Shown: positions 31,953-44,707, counted from the whole stretch's first letter. The stretch: 63,507 nt of DNA, filler included, from Barthelona sp. PAP020 (GCA_040182905.1; 19 parts of 19 records of this genome joined end to end with filler, not necessarily neighbours in it), one strand, 5' to 3'. The notes: a model not told the origin generated them from the sequence alone. Made by a program: numbers and translations.

Positions 31953-33245
31953 CTAAAGCATTCTATAATTAGTTTTTGTTTGCTGAACTTTTTCTTTGAA
32001 AGATGGGGGAGTGATATCAGAAATATTCCTTAAAAAAGGATGTTGCAACAATTCAGACATAGTTGGCCTTTCACTAGGGTTCATTTTGACACATAATGAT
32101 AGAAAATCTTTAAAATTGTTTGACCACATGTCAAGATTCTCCAGTGGTGGCGGCCCTTTGGTACTAATTACAAAAATAGCTCTTAAAGGTTGCATTTCAA
32201 GATAGGGAGGATTTCCTTGAGCCATTTCATACAATAAAATTCCTAAAGACCAAATATCAACTTTTGAATCATATCTTTGACCTCTTATCAACTCAGGAGC
32301 CATCCAATAAGGTGTACCGACAGTTGAATAACGTGCACTCTTCTCAACTGTCAATTGAGTTGCAAAACCAAAATCACCAAGTTTACAAATTCCATTGCCA
32401 CTCAACAATATATTATCAGACTTAATATCTCTATGCACACGATAACTAGTATGCAAAAAGTTCAAAGCATGTACAATTTGCTTCGTCACATATGCCATTT
32501 CTTCTTCTGTCAAAATTCCACAACATTGAAGCAATTGGGTAAGACTGCCACCAGACATATATTCAATAACAATCCACAATTCGCTTCTTGATCTGCATAG
32601 ATACGATTGAAAGTAATCAACAATAAAAGGATGTTTGCTTGTTCTTGTCATTGCAATTTCATTCTTTAAACTTTGCAAATCAACTTGAGGCGTGATTGCA
32701 GTTGTTTTAATGGCTACCAATTTTCCATCTTTTTTTCTACGTGCAACATAAACGGAACCAGATCCACCTTGCCCAATTCTATGCATATTATCAAATAGTT
32801 TTCTTGGGTCATGAGGTGAAATTTTTGAAGCTTCACTCATAGTTTGATCAATATCAATTTGTTTCGGTAATTGTGGAGCACTAGGTCCTTCAGCTAAATA
32901 ATGTAAAGAATCAATAATAACTTGAGGATGCGCAGATTGTTCTTCCGGAGTAATTCCTGAATTTTCCAATAAAACTTCCCACTCAGGTGGTAATCCAATA
33001 AATTTGTTCAAAGTGAAATCGTATTCCACATGTATTTCATGAGTAAATCCAATAGGTTCAGAAATTTTTGGTTTCTTCCTTTTGTGTAATAGATTTTGAT
33101 TTGTGTCTTCCAAATGAGTTCCATCTAATTGAACTTGTCGCCTCAAACTTTCTGGTAAAGTTTCTAAACCCAAAAGATTTCCAGTATTATCTTTTGTAAC
33201 ATGTACAACATGTTCAAATGATGAAGGATTTGATATTTTTGCCAT
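31953..33245 (-). CDS. PAK: PAK/STE20 kinase with two CRIB motifs
   Basis: ISNPSSFEHVVHV, ISEPIGFTHEIHV, GLPPEW, HRDIKSDNILL, GTPYWMAPE. Confidence 0.95.
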   Translation of the reverse strand: MAKISNPSSFEHVVHVTKDNTGNLLGLETLPESLRRQVQLDGTHLEDTNQNLLHKRKKPKISEPIGFTHEIHVEYDFTLNKFIGLPPEWEVLLENSGITPEEQSAHPQVIIDSLHYLAEGPSAPQLPKQIDIDQTMSEASKISPHDPRKLFDNMHRIGQGGSGSVYVARRKKDGKLVAIKTTAITPQVDLQSLKNEIAMTRTSKHPFIVDYFQSYLCRSRSELWIVIEYMSGGSLTQLLQCCGILTEEEMAYVTKQIVHALNFLHTSYRVHRDIKSDNILLSGNGICKLGDFGFATQLTVEKSARYSTVGTPYWMAPELIRGQRYDSKVDIWSLGILLYEMAQGNPPYLEMQPLRAIFVISTKGPPPLENLDMWSNNFKDFLSLCVKMNPSERPTMSELLQHPFLRNISDITPPSFKEKVQQTKTNYRML

Positions 33246-33791
33246 AGTTGAACTTGTTTAAACCACCTAATTATGAAAAAAATAAAAGAGTCGTTTTGAC
33301 CCCAAGAAATTTCTTTATCTTTTGTTACATTTTGAAGTTGTTTTATGAATTCTTTGGTGTTTTGACTGATATTTTTTTTAGAATTTAAATAAAACTATGA
33401 TTTCTTTTTCAAATTTCTTTTTGTCCTGTTTTCGGAACCAAAACACTTATTCATATACAAATATGAGTTATATCAAACAACAGAAGGAGATAAACTTTTC
33501 CAATTTTGGTTCTAATTTCTATTTTTACCTTTTTTTTTCAAAAAAATTAGTTGAATATATATACTTGGTTCTTTTTTCAGTGAATATCCCCTTTCTAAAA
33601 ATTTTGTTGTTTTTAGTTTGTGAATAAATGATGTAATATTTCGCTTTCCAGAAAACAAATGTTTGAAAATTATTTCTGTTGAATCAACATTGACAAAAAT
33701 GTAAAATTTTATGGTTTGAAGGGGATTTCATTTTTTAACTATTGCTAATTTTTAAATTTGTTGACACAAATTATTTGGAAATCGAAGTTAA

Positions 33792-34178
33792 ATGTTAACA
33801 AATAGTGAGGATTTGGATTATTTGTCAAGTAATAGTGATTCGAAAAACAACCTTCAGAACAATGACAATAGTGGACTTTGTAGCAGTGATAGAGAACATC
33901 CATCTCGATTCATTCTATGCAGAAATGTACATTCCAACCTTGAATTTGAGGAACTTGCCAATATATTTGCATCATTTGGTGATTTGCGAGATATTATTAT
34001 TGATTTTTTAAATGATGGAGATATTTTGGTTAATTATTGGGATTTAAGACATTCCATTGCTGCCTACAATGATATTTTAACAAATGAGAATTTTTGGAAA
34101 GATCCTTCCATTAGTGTAAAACCACACTATGTCATACCACGCTCAAAGGATTTAAATTATGTTGATGCACCGGATTAT
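33792..34178 (+). CDS. Mei2-like RRM protein, 3'-truncated
   Basis: EHPSRFILCRNV...FASFGDLR...VNYWDLRHS matches Mei2-like RRM1. Confidence 0.75.
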
Positions 34179-34278
34179 NNNNNNNNNNNNNNNNNNNNNN
34201 NNNNNNNNNNNNNNNNNNNNNNTTAATTAATTAANNNNNNNNNNNNNNNNNNNNNNNNNNNNNNNNNNNNNNNNNNNN

Positions 34279-34554
34279 ATAGTACAAATAATCAGAAGGC
34301 TTTGTAGTCAATTTATTTGCCAATTCTTCTTTATAATTCATTAAATCTTCCATATAAACTTTTAAGTAATATTTTTGTTGCTGTAAATTATTGGTAACTT
34401 GTTCTCTATATATATAATCATTTGAATATTGATAATTCTTTAAAAAATTTTCGAAATCATCAATTGCCATTTGTTCCTCCGTTTCTTCATTATCAATTGC
34501 AGGACGAAATATTGGCTCAATTCCGGCTTCAATTGGTTGAGGTTCAAAGTTCAT
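34279..34554 (-). CDS. MCM5: MCM5 N-terminal fragment, 3'-truncated
   Basis: FENFLKNY...YIYREQV..N....YYLKVYMEDLMNYKEELANKLTTKP matches MCM5 N-domain. Confidence 0.7.
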
Positions 34555-34713
34555 AACAAAATATGAAGAAGAAAATGTATCTATCAATTTTCCTTCACTC
34601 TTTCAAAATTCAACAACAACCAAAAAATTCTGCAAGAACCAATAAAAAATACACTTTCGTTTATTAATACTACATTCCAACCGAAATATAAAAGTAAATT
34701 TCAATAAATAAAA

Positions 34714-36102
34714 TTAGAGTTTTTTCAAAGTTCTGACAGAAAAGTCTGCCAGTTTTTGAACGACAGAAGCATCTAAATCAACTCTAGGATCATGAGAAAT
34801 CACTTTATATCTGACACCCAATTCTTGAGATGAATGCATATGGTCAATCAATGGTTTGAATGAGTCAATTTTTGATCTAATATACTCAATATTATCATGA
34901 GGATGATGCAATAAATCAGACATATCTGTAGTTTCATCCACAAATACAACAGTACCAGAATGTGTAAATCTTCTCGCCAATGCAATTTCTTCTGTCTTTT
35001 CATGATCAACCATAACAACTCTTGGAGGTTGAACGTGCCCTTCAGATTCATCAATAATCTGTTCCATTTCAAGCAAATCTTCGACATTACGGGGGAAACC
35101 AACAACAACAGCTCCACTATTTCTGTAAGCATCTTCATGCAATTTCATAAAAATAGCTTCAGCCATTGAAAATTCATTATGTTCCTTCAAATCAAACTCA
35201 TGCTCGATTTGGGAAACTGATATATAGGGTAAATTTTCTCTTTCAGAAAAAAGATAGGCAACATGAGACATAACTGCATCAACACCTGTAACAAACAAAA
35301 CAACAGGCATTCTAGGTGCAATATTAGCATTTCTTCCCTTTGTTCTCAAAGCAGAAGCTACATCACGGAAAACAGTATCAGCAGGATGCTCTGCACTGAT
35401 ATTAAACATGATATTCTTGAATAACCCCATAACCCCATTGGCAGAACGATGATATACTTTCAATCTGGTTTCCATTTTTTCAACAGTATCATCACTACGA
35501 ACAATTAATCGAGATTCAACTTCCTTAGGGGGTGGATTAAATTCAATGTGATATATAGCACCAGTTTCAGGATCTAAACGTCTACCACATGCTCTTCTAA
35601 TAACTTCATTGTCAGGAACATCCAATTTAATTAAATGTGTTGGAGATATTTTATGTTTTCTAAGCCAAAGTGCTTGAGTTCTCTTTCGTGGAAAACCATC
35701 CAACAACCATCCTTGTTTTTGACAATCTTCCTGCATTATTCTATCATACAACAAAGAACAAACAATATCATCAGGAACCAAAAGCCCTTGTGATATCAAA
35801 GAATCAATATGTTTTCCTCTTTCAGTTTTATTGCTAACTTCAGCTCTCAATAAATCCCCAGTAGAAATATGAACCAAACCAAATTGTTTGACAATGAGTT
35901 TGCATTGAGTACCTTTTCCACTCGCTGGTGGTCCAAATACAATAACTTTTAGTGTTTCAGGCTTTGATAACCGTTGTCTCAAATATTCCAAAGGATCTTC
36001 AGGCTGATTCAACGAGATTTCTGAAAATAATTCACGAACAAATGCATACAAACCAGATTTTTCTGCAAAATTATCGTGTGATTCAAATAAATCAGATGAC
36101 AT
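34714..36102 (-). CDS. AK8: Adenylate kinase 8-like (N-terminal docking domain, AK domain, degenerate second AK domain)
   Basis: LNQPEDPLEYL, GPPASGKGTQ, HISTGDLLR, WLLDGFPR, GRRLDPETG LID; second VVVGFPR. Confidence 0.8.
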   Translation of the reverse strand: MSSDLFESHDNFAEKSGLYAFVRELFSEISLNQPEDPLEYLRQRLSKPETLKVIVFGPPASGKGTQCKLIVKQFGLVHISTGDLLRAEVSNKTERGKHIDSLISQGLLVPDDIVCSLLYDRIMQEDCQKQGWLLDGFPRKRTQALWLRKHKISPTHLIKLDVPDNEVIRRACGRRLDPETGAIYHIEFNPPPKEVESRLIVRSDDTVEKMETRLKVYHRSANGVMGLFKNIMFNISAEHPADTVFRDVASALRTKGRNANIAPRMPVVLFVTGVDAVMSHVAYLFSERENLPYISVSQIEHEFDLKEHNEFSMAEAIFMKLHEDAYRNSGAVVVGFPRNVEDLLEMEQIIDESEGHVQPPRVVMVDHEKTEEIALARRFTHSGTVVFVDETTDMSDLLHHPHDNIEYIRSKIDSFKPLIDHMHSSQELGVRYKVISHDPRVDLDASVVQKLADFSVRTLKKL

Positions 36103-36200
36103 CTTAAAAGTGGAGTTATTTTTTTGAAAAAAAAATTTATTTTTCATTTATTTGAAATCCAATTATTCAATTTAAAGATAATTAAGTCGCCAATGTTTCA

Positions 36201-36932
36201 ATGAGGTACAATACATTCACGATGTCACCTAGTCAGACTTTATCGAAGTGTTTACATCCAATTTGTAGTTTAAAAAATAATAATTTGAATGAACCCACTT
36301 GTAAAAGAGCACCGAATATTGAAGATAATATCTCATATTCAATAGTTCTTTCAGGATTTGAAAAGTGTGCCAAAGAGATTTTAAATTCAATGTTGCAATC
36401 TTTAGAAAGAATCAGTCGATGTCGAATTGTTATTACCAATAATATTTTAGATGCTGATTTTATTATTGTTCCTTGTGAAAATCCATTAAGAACCTATAAA
36501 GTTTTATATGGAATTACGTATGGAAAGTTGGTTTGTACATATGAATTTTTGACTCATTTACTCATGGATCCAACAATTAAACCGACAGAGTATATTTCAA
36601 ATAAATTCAGAGGATCTTTTATGTCGTATTGTACTTTAGACACCAAGAATCATGAAATATTTAAAGATTTCAAATTATTTTTTTTGGGCAGATTTCGTTA
36701 TGAAGTTAAACCATTAGTTATTCATTTAGGTGCAACAATTATTGAAAAACAACCCACTGATAATTGTTTGATAGTTGTCGATGATGAATATGAAAAGTTT
36801 AACAGTCTGAAACACAATCTTAAAAAGAGCATTGGGAAGAAAAGTGAGATATTTATTTCACTATCTTGGATTACTGAATGTTTGGAGCGTTTTTTAATCA
36901 TTCCTTATGCTCAATATATTGTAAATATATAA
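36201..36932 (+). CDS. Tandem BRCT domain protein
   Basis: RTYKVLYGITYGKLV and FKDFKLFF...LGATI...SWITECL. Confidence 0.75.
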   Translation: MRYNTFTMSPSQTLSKCLHPICSLKNNNLNEPTCKRAPNIEDNISYSIVLSGFEKCAKEILNSMLQSLERISRCRIVITNNILDADFIIVPCENPLRTYKVLYGITYGKLVCTYEFLTHLLMDPTIKPTEYISNKFRGSFMSYCTLDTKNHEIFKDFKLFFLGRFRYEVKPLVIHLGATIIEKQPTDNCLIVVDDEYEKFNSLKHNLKKSIGKKSEIFISLSWITECLERFLIIPYAQYIVNI

Positions 36933-37068
36933 ATTTCGTGCTGTTTTTTCTTCTCCATGAAAACAAAAAAAAAGCTCATTTTTACAATTTTAAAAAAAAA
37001 AAGAAATTAAGATAAATCACACAAAAGAAGTTCCAGTTGTATTCCTTTTTTAAATTTAAAAGAAAAAT

Positions 37069-37377
37069 TTACTCATTACTCAATTGTTTCTCCAATGATT
37101 GGGCAATTTCTTGGAATATTTCGTGATTATAATCAAAATTCTTATCTTTTAACATGGATAAAACCATCTCAGGCGAAATTCTTGACTTTTCAGCTTCTTC
37201 TGCGACAAAAGCTGAATCTTTTGCAAGTTTTTTAATAAATTGCTCAATTATAATACAAAAAAGTACATAATTGGTAAACTTCTGTGTGGTTCTTGAAAAG
37301 CTATCTTCATCATTGCTCTCAAGAAATTTTTTCATGCTATTGACGGAAATTTTCGTGAAATTAGAATTTCTCACCAT
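37069..37377 (-). CDS. Histone-fold protein (NF-YC/Dpb3/CHRAC-like)
   Basis: ISVNSMKKFLES...EQFIKKLAKDS..AEEAEKSRISPEMV. Confidence 0.65.
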   Translation of the reverse strand: MVRNSNFTKISVNSMKKFLESNDEDSFSRTTQKFTNYVLFCIIIEQFIKKLAKDSAFVAEEAEKSRISPEMVLSMLKDKNFDYNHEIFQEIAQSLEKQLSNE

Positions 37378-37853
37378 TATTATACATTAATACAAAAGAA
37401 AAAAAATGTATAGAGTTTCCACTTCTGAAAAAAAAAGCAATATTGTGTGTTTTATAATAGTTGGAACTTTGCGACTGGTTTTTTTGTTTCTTCTTTATCT
37501 TTTNNNNNNNNNNNNNNNNNNNNNNNNNNNNNNNNNNNNNNNNNNNNTTAATTAATTAANNNNNNNNNNNNNNNNNNNNNNNNNNNNNNNNNNNNNNNNN
37601 NNNGCTGTTGGTGAGATATTGAGAAACAAAAACACTGAAGTTGTTGTTGTACCTCCCAAACTTGGAGAAACTTCAGCTTTTATTCCTATATTAACCGCTG
37701 GTAAATCGCAGTAGATTTTTTAGAAACAAATATGAATTGTTATTATTGTATGTAAAATTTTTATGTTGATTTTTTTTTACCCATTTTTTTCAACAAAAGA
37801 ATATGAAAGTTAAAGGTTTTTTTTTTCTTGTTTGAACAATTATCAACCAAGAT

Positions 37854-40384
37854 ATGAGTAAGTTTGAGTTGGAAAACCAATCAAATACAAAAGAAAACAG
37901 AGAGAAAAGATTCAAACGATATAATTTCTGTATATTTATTGTTTCGTTAATATTTCAAGGATTTTGTGCTTTTAATGGGGGGTTTTCAAGGTATATTTTT
38001 CTTCAAAGAAAAAAAAACTAATGTTATTTAGGAATTGGGATGAAGTTGGAAATTACTGGGAACCTGTGCATTATGCATTATATGGACATGGATTTATGAC
38101 ATGGGAATGGAATTCTCGTTGGGCGTTTAGATCTGCAGTTCCTGTTCGTATCTTGCAATTTTTTGGTATTATTTTTCAAAACTTTGGATTGAATCGTTCA
38201 CAAGTGTTTTATGGTTTAAGATTATTGGTTGGAATTGTTGGTAGTTTTGTTACTTACAGATTTTCTTTGAGTATTTTTAAAAAATTTTCTCCTTTTGTTG
38301 GTGTTTTAACTCATATTTTGTGTGTATTTAACTTTCATCATGCCTATATTATGAATCGTATTAATATGGATGCTTGGGGATCATTGCTGTTAATCATGGT
38401 TCACACGTCATGGTTTAATGATTCTATTTTTGGTGTATTATTTTATGGTTTTGCGGCAATTGTTTTAAGATTTAACACTTTACCTATCGTTGGTATAATT
38501 GGACTATTTATTTTGTTTAGTCTTCCTAAACGTTTTAATGAGACAAAAACTTACAATTGGATGAATTGGGTCATTAAATTGGGAATATGTGCCGTGTTAT
38601 TTTTGCTATTTTGGGTTGTTATATTTATAGTTGCTGATTCTCAATGGTACAAGAGACCTACAATGGCTTTTTGGAATTCATTTATTTTTAACATTGTTGA
38701 GAATCAAAATAGCTTATTTGGAACTGGAGACTCATCATATTATCCCAATTTGTTAAAACAAGACAACAATATAATTGTTTATTTCTTGACATTTGCTAGT
38801 TTTTTCATTAGTGGTTCTAGACTACAATACTTTACTCCTTCTGTAATTTGCTATCTTTATTTAAATAATATGGCTCAAAAACAAGAGAGATTCATTTGGT
38901 ACATATACCCTCTTTTATGCATGATGACAGCTGATGTGATCGCTTTTATTTTGGGAAAGGATGAGCATAATTTAGTGGAAAGTGTTGATATTACCAAAGA
39001 TGTAGATGTCAGCATCAGTGATTTAAGTGACCTTGACAATGAAATTGCAGAAATTATTGATGATGAAGTATTTGATGAGGAGGTTGAAGTTGTTGAAAAG
39101 AAAAAATCTGACAAAATTTGTTTATCAAAGGAATTGCATGCAATTCTTTTTGCCAAGTTCCCTCAAATAAAGATGAAAATTGATAAACCAAGTAGAATCA
39201 GTTATGTTACTGAGTTACGTGATTTCTTGATGAAATCTCCTTTAATTAGGTATGTTTTCATTGGTTTAACAATTTTTGTTACAATTTTCTATTGTTGGTT
39301 TGGTGTTGCATCACAAATTATTCAATATGATGTCTATAAACCCTATGTTGACTATGATCGTGAGTATGTTGATACTGAAGATGGTTTTAGCACTATTACC
39401 GACAATAAAGAAAATTTGACATGTTTAATTGCTGGTATGCCATGGATTTCTTGGCATTTACCATTGGCTTGCAAGAATTTCCACATTGTTCAGATCATGG
39501 ATGAATTTTTCCCGGGATATAACACTGAATCATTCCATATGTTTGAAGATCGTGAAAACAGTGTCAATTTACAAGTTACCATTGTGGATAGATTATTCAT
39601 TCAAAGTCAAAATCATTGGGATTTGTTCAGTGAATTGTTAAGGGTTGTGAAAAGTTCAGAAAAGTTTGAAGAAAAAATTCAAAATGATGAGGATTTCAAA
39701 AAAGAAATGGAAGACATTGATTTGATTTTCATCACAGCCAATGTTCCTGCCAAATACCCCCTTGTTAGAGATATGGAAAAAATCGCATGTTTACCTTATA
39801 GAGATCCCAAATTACCAATGTATGGTTACTATTTTGAAACTTTATTGAAACCTTTGTTGTATGAAGAGCAAATTATTAATTCTAACAAGTGTGCTAAACC
39901 AAAAATGAAACCTGTCATTGATTTACCAGTATATGATTTCTATTTTGGTTTAGATTTCTTGAATAGAGTGAAATTGACGTATAAATTTGGTTATGACAAA
40001 CTTTGGGATTCTCATGTCACTTATGGTTTATCTATTTGGGCAAAGCCGCTTGAAAATGAAATAGTTGAAGAACCTTTGCAATGTTTTATTAATGATACCA
40101 TCTTTTTGAAATTTTTATTCAATGATTCTATGAGTTATCGTGATTGGAAAATCGAAAATAAAGAAAATATCCTCTATGAATTGAATAATTGGAAAGATTT
40201 AACGGATTTAACTTATGTTGCCGAAAGAATGCCTTGCACAAGACCAGACAATAAAAATTTAAAAGATTTACAAGTTTTGTTTAAACAAAGTAAGATTAAT
40301 ACTATTAGACGTTTTGTGATGGAAAATAATATTGATAATAAGCTATTTTCTGAACTGCAGGAAGATTTCAAAGAATCTGAGTAA
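37854..40384 (+). CDS. ALG9: GT22 Dol-P-Man mannosyltransferase, ALG9-like; exon 1 37854-37990, 41-nt intron 37991-38031
   Basis: WDEVGNYWEP.HY.LYG.G..TWEW...A.RS and QKQERFIWYIYP; intron GTATA...ACTAATGTTATTTAG restores N-terminal TM in frame. Confidence 0.8.
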
Positions 40385-40675
40385 ATTTTTTTAATTTTGT
40401 TTTTAATACTTTGCACTGTTGATAAAAATCGTTTGAATTTATGAAACTAACAAATCTTCGTCCTATTGAAATCAAAGAATAAAATGATTAGAAAAATGAA
40501 AGAGTTCAAATTTTCGAATCGAAACACAAGGTAATTAGACAAGCGATGTCATTGTAATCTTAAAAAATAAAAGAGAGAATGTAAGAATAGTGGCTGAAAT
40601 ACAATCTTGGCTGTGAAGATGCAAGAAAGCATTTTCTTACTCATTTTTAACATGGCAACAAAAGCAACATCTTGA

Positions 40676-40820
40676 TTATTTCCAAGCCAAGAAGCACTTT
40701 GCGTATGAGCGAATAAAAAAGAATAGTGTTTATTTGGTTAAAGGCTTTCGAGGCCCGATTGATCTGTTGAAAAACTTTAGATTTTCTAAGGTAAAGTTTA
40801 AACTTTAAAATTTTGCTTTT
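40676..40820 (-). repeat. R1 right part, inverted, truncated by contig end
   Basis: TTATTTCCAAGCCAAGAAGCAC... Confidence 0.85.
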
Positions 40821-40920
40821 NNNNNNNNNNNNNNNNNNNNNNNNNNNNNNNNNNNNNNNNNNNNTTAATTAATTAANNNNNNNNNNNNNNNNNNNNNNNN
40901 NNNNNNNNNNNNNNNNNNNN

Positions 40921-42451
40921 CAGTGCTGACAAATTCTCGAATGATGCCACCGTTTACCTTCATTGCAACAAGGGTTGATAACAAATAGCCTTCATTCTTT
41001 ACCAATTCAACTAACTCAGATTTGGAAAAATGCTCAAATTTCAAATCAATAGGCTCGACACTCTCCAATTGTTGTTTTAAATTGGGACAGCTCAGAATGC
41101 TGCATTTGTTCTTTTTCCATTGTTCATCACAAGTATACAATCTGTTGAAAAATAACAGCATATCTTCACCATATGGGTTTATTTTGGGACAATCTAGAAG
41201 CATCTTGGCAACATCAAGATGACCTTTATAACAACTGACGTACAATGGAGAAAATCCCTTTTCACTGCACAAATTAACATCAGCTCCATGATCCAAGAGC
41301 ATTCTGGCAACATCAAGATGACCTTTTTGACAACTGATGTACAATGGAGAAAGATTAGTATTCTTACACAAATTAACATCAGCACCATGGTCCAAGAGCA
41401 TTTTGGTAACAGCAAGATGACAATTATAACAACTGATGAACAATGGAGAAGCACCATTATTCTTACACAAATTAACATCAGCCCCATAGTCCAAGAGCAT
41501 TCTGGCAACATCAAGATGACCATTTTGACAACTGATGTACAATGGAGAAGCGTCATTATTATTACACAAATTAACATCAGCTCCATGATCCAAGAGCATT
41601 TTGGCAACATCAAGATGACCAAGTTCACAACTAATAAACAATGGAGAAAATCCACCATCCCTACACAAATTAACACTAGCGCCATGATTCAAGAGTATTT
41701 GGGCAACATTAAGATGACCTTCTCCACAACTAAAGTACAATGGAGAAGCACCATCCCTACACAAATCAACATCTGCTCCATGATCCAAAAGCATTTTGAC
41801 AACATCAAGATGACCAAGTTGACAACTAACAAACAATGCAGAAAATCCATTTTCATTGCACAAATTAATATCAGCTCCATGATCCAAGAGCATTTTGGCG
41901 ACATCAAGATGACCTTGTAGACAACTGATGTACAATGGAGAAGCATCATCATTCATGCATAAATTAACATCAGCTCCATGATCCAAGAGCATTTTGGCGA
42001 CATCAAAATGACCTTGTTGACAACTGATGTACAATGGAGAACATCCCTCATTCTCACACAAATCAACATCAGCCCCATGATCTAAGAGCATTTTAGCAAC
42101 ATCAAGATGACCATTTTGACAACTAACATTTAATGGAGAATATCCATCATTCATACTCAAATGAACATCAGCGCCAAAATCCAACAAAAACTCAACAACT
42201 TCTAATTGCCCATAAAAAGCAGCTCCCCAAAGCGATGTCCTTCCTTTCTTGCCCTGTTTGTTCACATCAACGCCAGCTTTGATACACTGCTTGACAACAT
42301 CAAGATTACCTTCAAGTGCTGCAAAATAGATCTTCTTTGGGCGACCATTATCTTCAAATCCATCCACATCGAACCCATCTGGAACAACAACTCGATCCAT
42401 GTTATATTTAATATAAGGGTCAGTTTCCTCAACTGCAGTGTTAACAATCAT
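40921..42451 (-). CDS. Ankyrin-repeat protein (12 repeats) with possible SAM-like C-terminus, 3'-truncated
   Basis: 33-aa SPLYISCxxGHLDVAKMLLDHGADVNLC repeats; start MIVNTAVEE conserved with 24323 paralog. Confidence 0.9.
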
Positions 42452-43201
42452 TGTCGACAAAAAAATAAGATCCTCCAAATTTTTCATTTCTCTTTGTATA
42501 TTCAATTTTTATCCCTCAAATCAGGCATTATTTTAATTTAGTTATTGACAAAATGAAATTCGATGATTAATTGACTGGTTTGTGAAGAACTCTTCACAAT
42601 ATAATTTAATTCTTTCTTGAGATTTCTTTTTTCGAATTGATGCAGCGAATTGAACTTACGATATTGATTTAAACATTGTGAAAATGTCGCACAATTATGA
42701 AAGTTTGTCATAATGATGTTTGTTCGAATATTTTTTACAAAAGACATTGTTCCCATTCATTTTTACAGATTTGTTGATATAGTGATGGTGTTGATATATT
42801 TCTGCTCACAAAATCCACAAATTGAACTTGCAACTGTGCGATATAAATCCATCAAATGTTCTTTTTTTCTTAAATCGAAGAAATTTTTTTCACTTCTTCA
42901 TGAGAGTCTCCAATGTTGGAATTGTGACACCCTTCAATTTATTTAAATGAATGCAACATCATTTATAATTGATGTTTTTTTTTTTTGTTATGTTAGACTT
43001 GACCAATCAGTATCTAAACAAAAAGAAGAGATAAAAATGCCATGATATTTGGTCTAATGATACAACCTTATTTACAGTGAAAGAAAATCTAAAGAGTCAT
43101 TTTAGTGAATTTTGGCAAAACTCATGGTGTGAGATCCAGACTGAAAGTAAATCCAGGTTGTGTCTTTGGAAAAATTTTCCAATCCCATTTTTTTTTTTGG
43201 A

Positions 43202-43523
43202 TTATTTCCAAGCCAAGAAGCACTGTGTGTAGGAGTGAACAAAAAGAATCGTGTTTATTTGGTTAAAGACTTTCGAGGTGTGATTGATCTGTTGAAAAAC
43301 TTTAGATTTTCTAAGGTAAAGTTTAAACTTTAAAATTTTTTCTTTTGCAAAAATTCAAAAAAATAGTATTAAAAAATTTCCCCGAAATTCTCCTACTTGA
43401 TCGTTCCAATTATATTTCAGTCCCTCAATTCCCCTCCTGAAATCTTAACTGAAATTTGCTAGAATGAGTTTTCTGAGTTTACTTTCTTTGTAAATAAATA
43501 TAGTTGTTTCACAACTGGACCAA
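43202..43523 (-). mobile_element. R1 full-length copy, inverted
   Basis: Reverse complement of 696-1018 with both ends. Confidence 0.85.
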
Positions 43524-43776
43524 TAAATTTCAATGGATTAATTGAGTGTCGAAAACCTCTAACCAAATAAATTCTGTTGCTTCCCATTTACTCATACACA
43601 CAACGTATCTTGGCCTGGAAATGAGAGCTTGAGATTTTTTTAAAAATTTTGAAACCCAAAAAAGGAAAAATCCATGTTAAAAAGCAATTTCTTCTTTTTG
43701 AAATGTGATTTGTTATTGATTTAAATGTTTTTGGTTTGAAATTAAACAATTACAAAACAAAAACAAGAATTATCAG

Positions 43777-43858
43777 GCAAGCGTAGTCAAGTGGTCAACG
43801 ACGCTGGATTCAAGTCCCAGTCCCTAGAGGTTCGTGGGTTCAAGTCCCACCGCTTGCA
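43777..43858 (+). tRNA. tRNA-Leu(CAA)
   Basis: GCAAGCG/CGCTTGC acceptor, CTGGA-TTCAAGT-CCCAG anticodon arm (31-39 mismatch), long variable arm, GTGGG-TTCAAGT-CCCAC. Confidence 0.9.
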
Positions 43859-43917
43859 ATTTTACTCGAATTTTTCGAAGGCAAGGATCGAGTCTCAGAA
43901 AAGGGGATTTCAACAAT

Positions 43918-44030
43918 AATTCATGTTAGACGAAAGGGCAAAATTAAAGGCTTTTATATTTACCAACTAGGGTTGGGGACATTACTCCATGGTATCTTTG
44001 CTGTTTTGGTCAACCGATTCAGAATTCTTT
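43918..44030 (+). repeat. tRNA-downstream repeat, family A
   Basis: 43918-43945 equals reverse complement of 98-125; 43954-44030 matches 50726-50802 (3 mismatches in 77 nt). Confidence 0.85.
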
Positions 44031-44420
44031 TTCATGATGCAAAACAGAAAATGATTATAAAAGCTTTTACAAGGATTATAGGATGAGAAGGTTGGCTAGT
44101 TAGTGTTTGTCAATTCCTGATCTGAGTTNNNNNNNNNNNNNNNNNNNNNNNNNNNNNNNNNNNNNNNNNNNNTTAATTAATTAANNNNNNNNNNNNNNNN
44201 NNNNNNNNNNNNNNNNNNNNNNNNNNNNTCGAATTAGAGAAGATTATTTCGCAAGTAATATGGACGTATTTGTTTTGCAAAATTCAAAAGATGTTCTTTT
44301 CAGAGCTTCAGTCAGGTTGATTGAGTTATAAATTGTGACCAGTTTTTTTTATTTTCCTTTTGCACAAAAAATTTCTCAAAACTTTTCAAATTTGAGATTG
44401 GTGTTTCAGATGAACAGGAT

Positions 44421-44707
44421 AGTCCAGTTGTGGAACAACTACATTTGTTTACAAAGAAAGAGCAACTAAAGAAAACTCGTTTCCCGAAATCTCGGCCACA
44501 TAAAATGTTGCTACAATTGAACCTCGCTCATCAAGCATGAAATTTTTGAAAAAGTCATCCATTCGTATTTTTTGGTATTTTGGCAAAAGGAAAACTTCAA
44601 AGTTTTATTCCACAGTTTTTCAAAGGATCATTTGGACCTGGCAAGCTTTTAAAAAATGAATACCATTCTTTTTTATTCTCTCATATGCACAAAATTCTTG
44701 GAAATAA
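44421..44707 (+). repeat. Diverged R1 copy
   Basis: AGTCCAGTTGTGGAACAACT...TTCTTGGAAATAA. Confidence 0.7.

Noticed and set aside
43924..44128. TGTTAG as the start of a classical LTR
   Set aside because: The sister family starts CGTTAG, similarity extends upstream of TG, and no PBS, PPT or second LTR is visible; cannot be fully excluded
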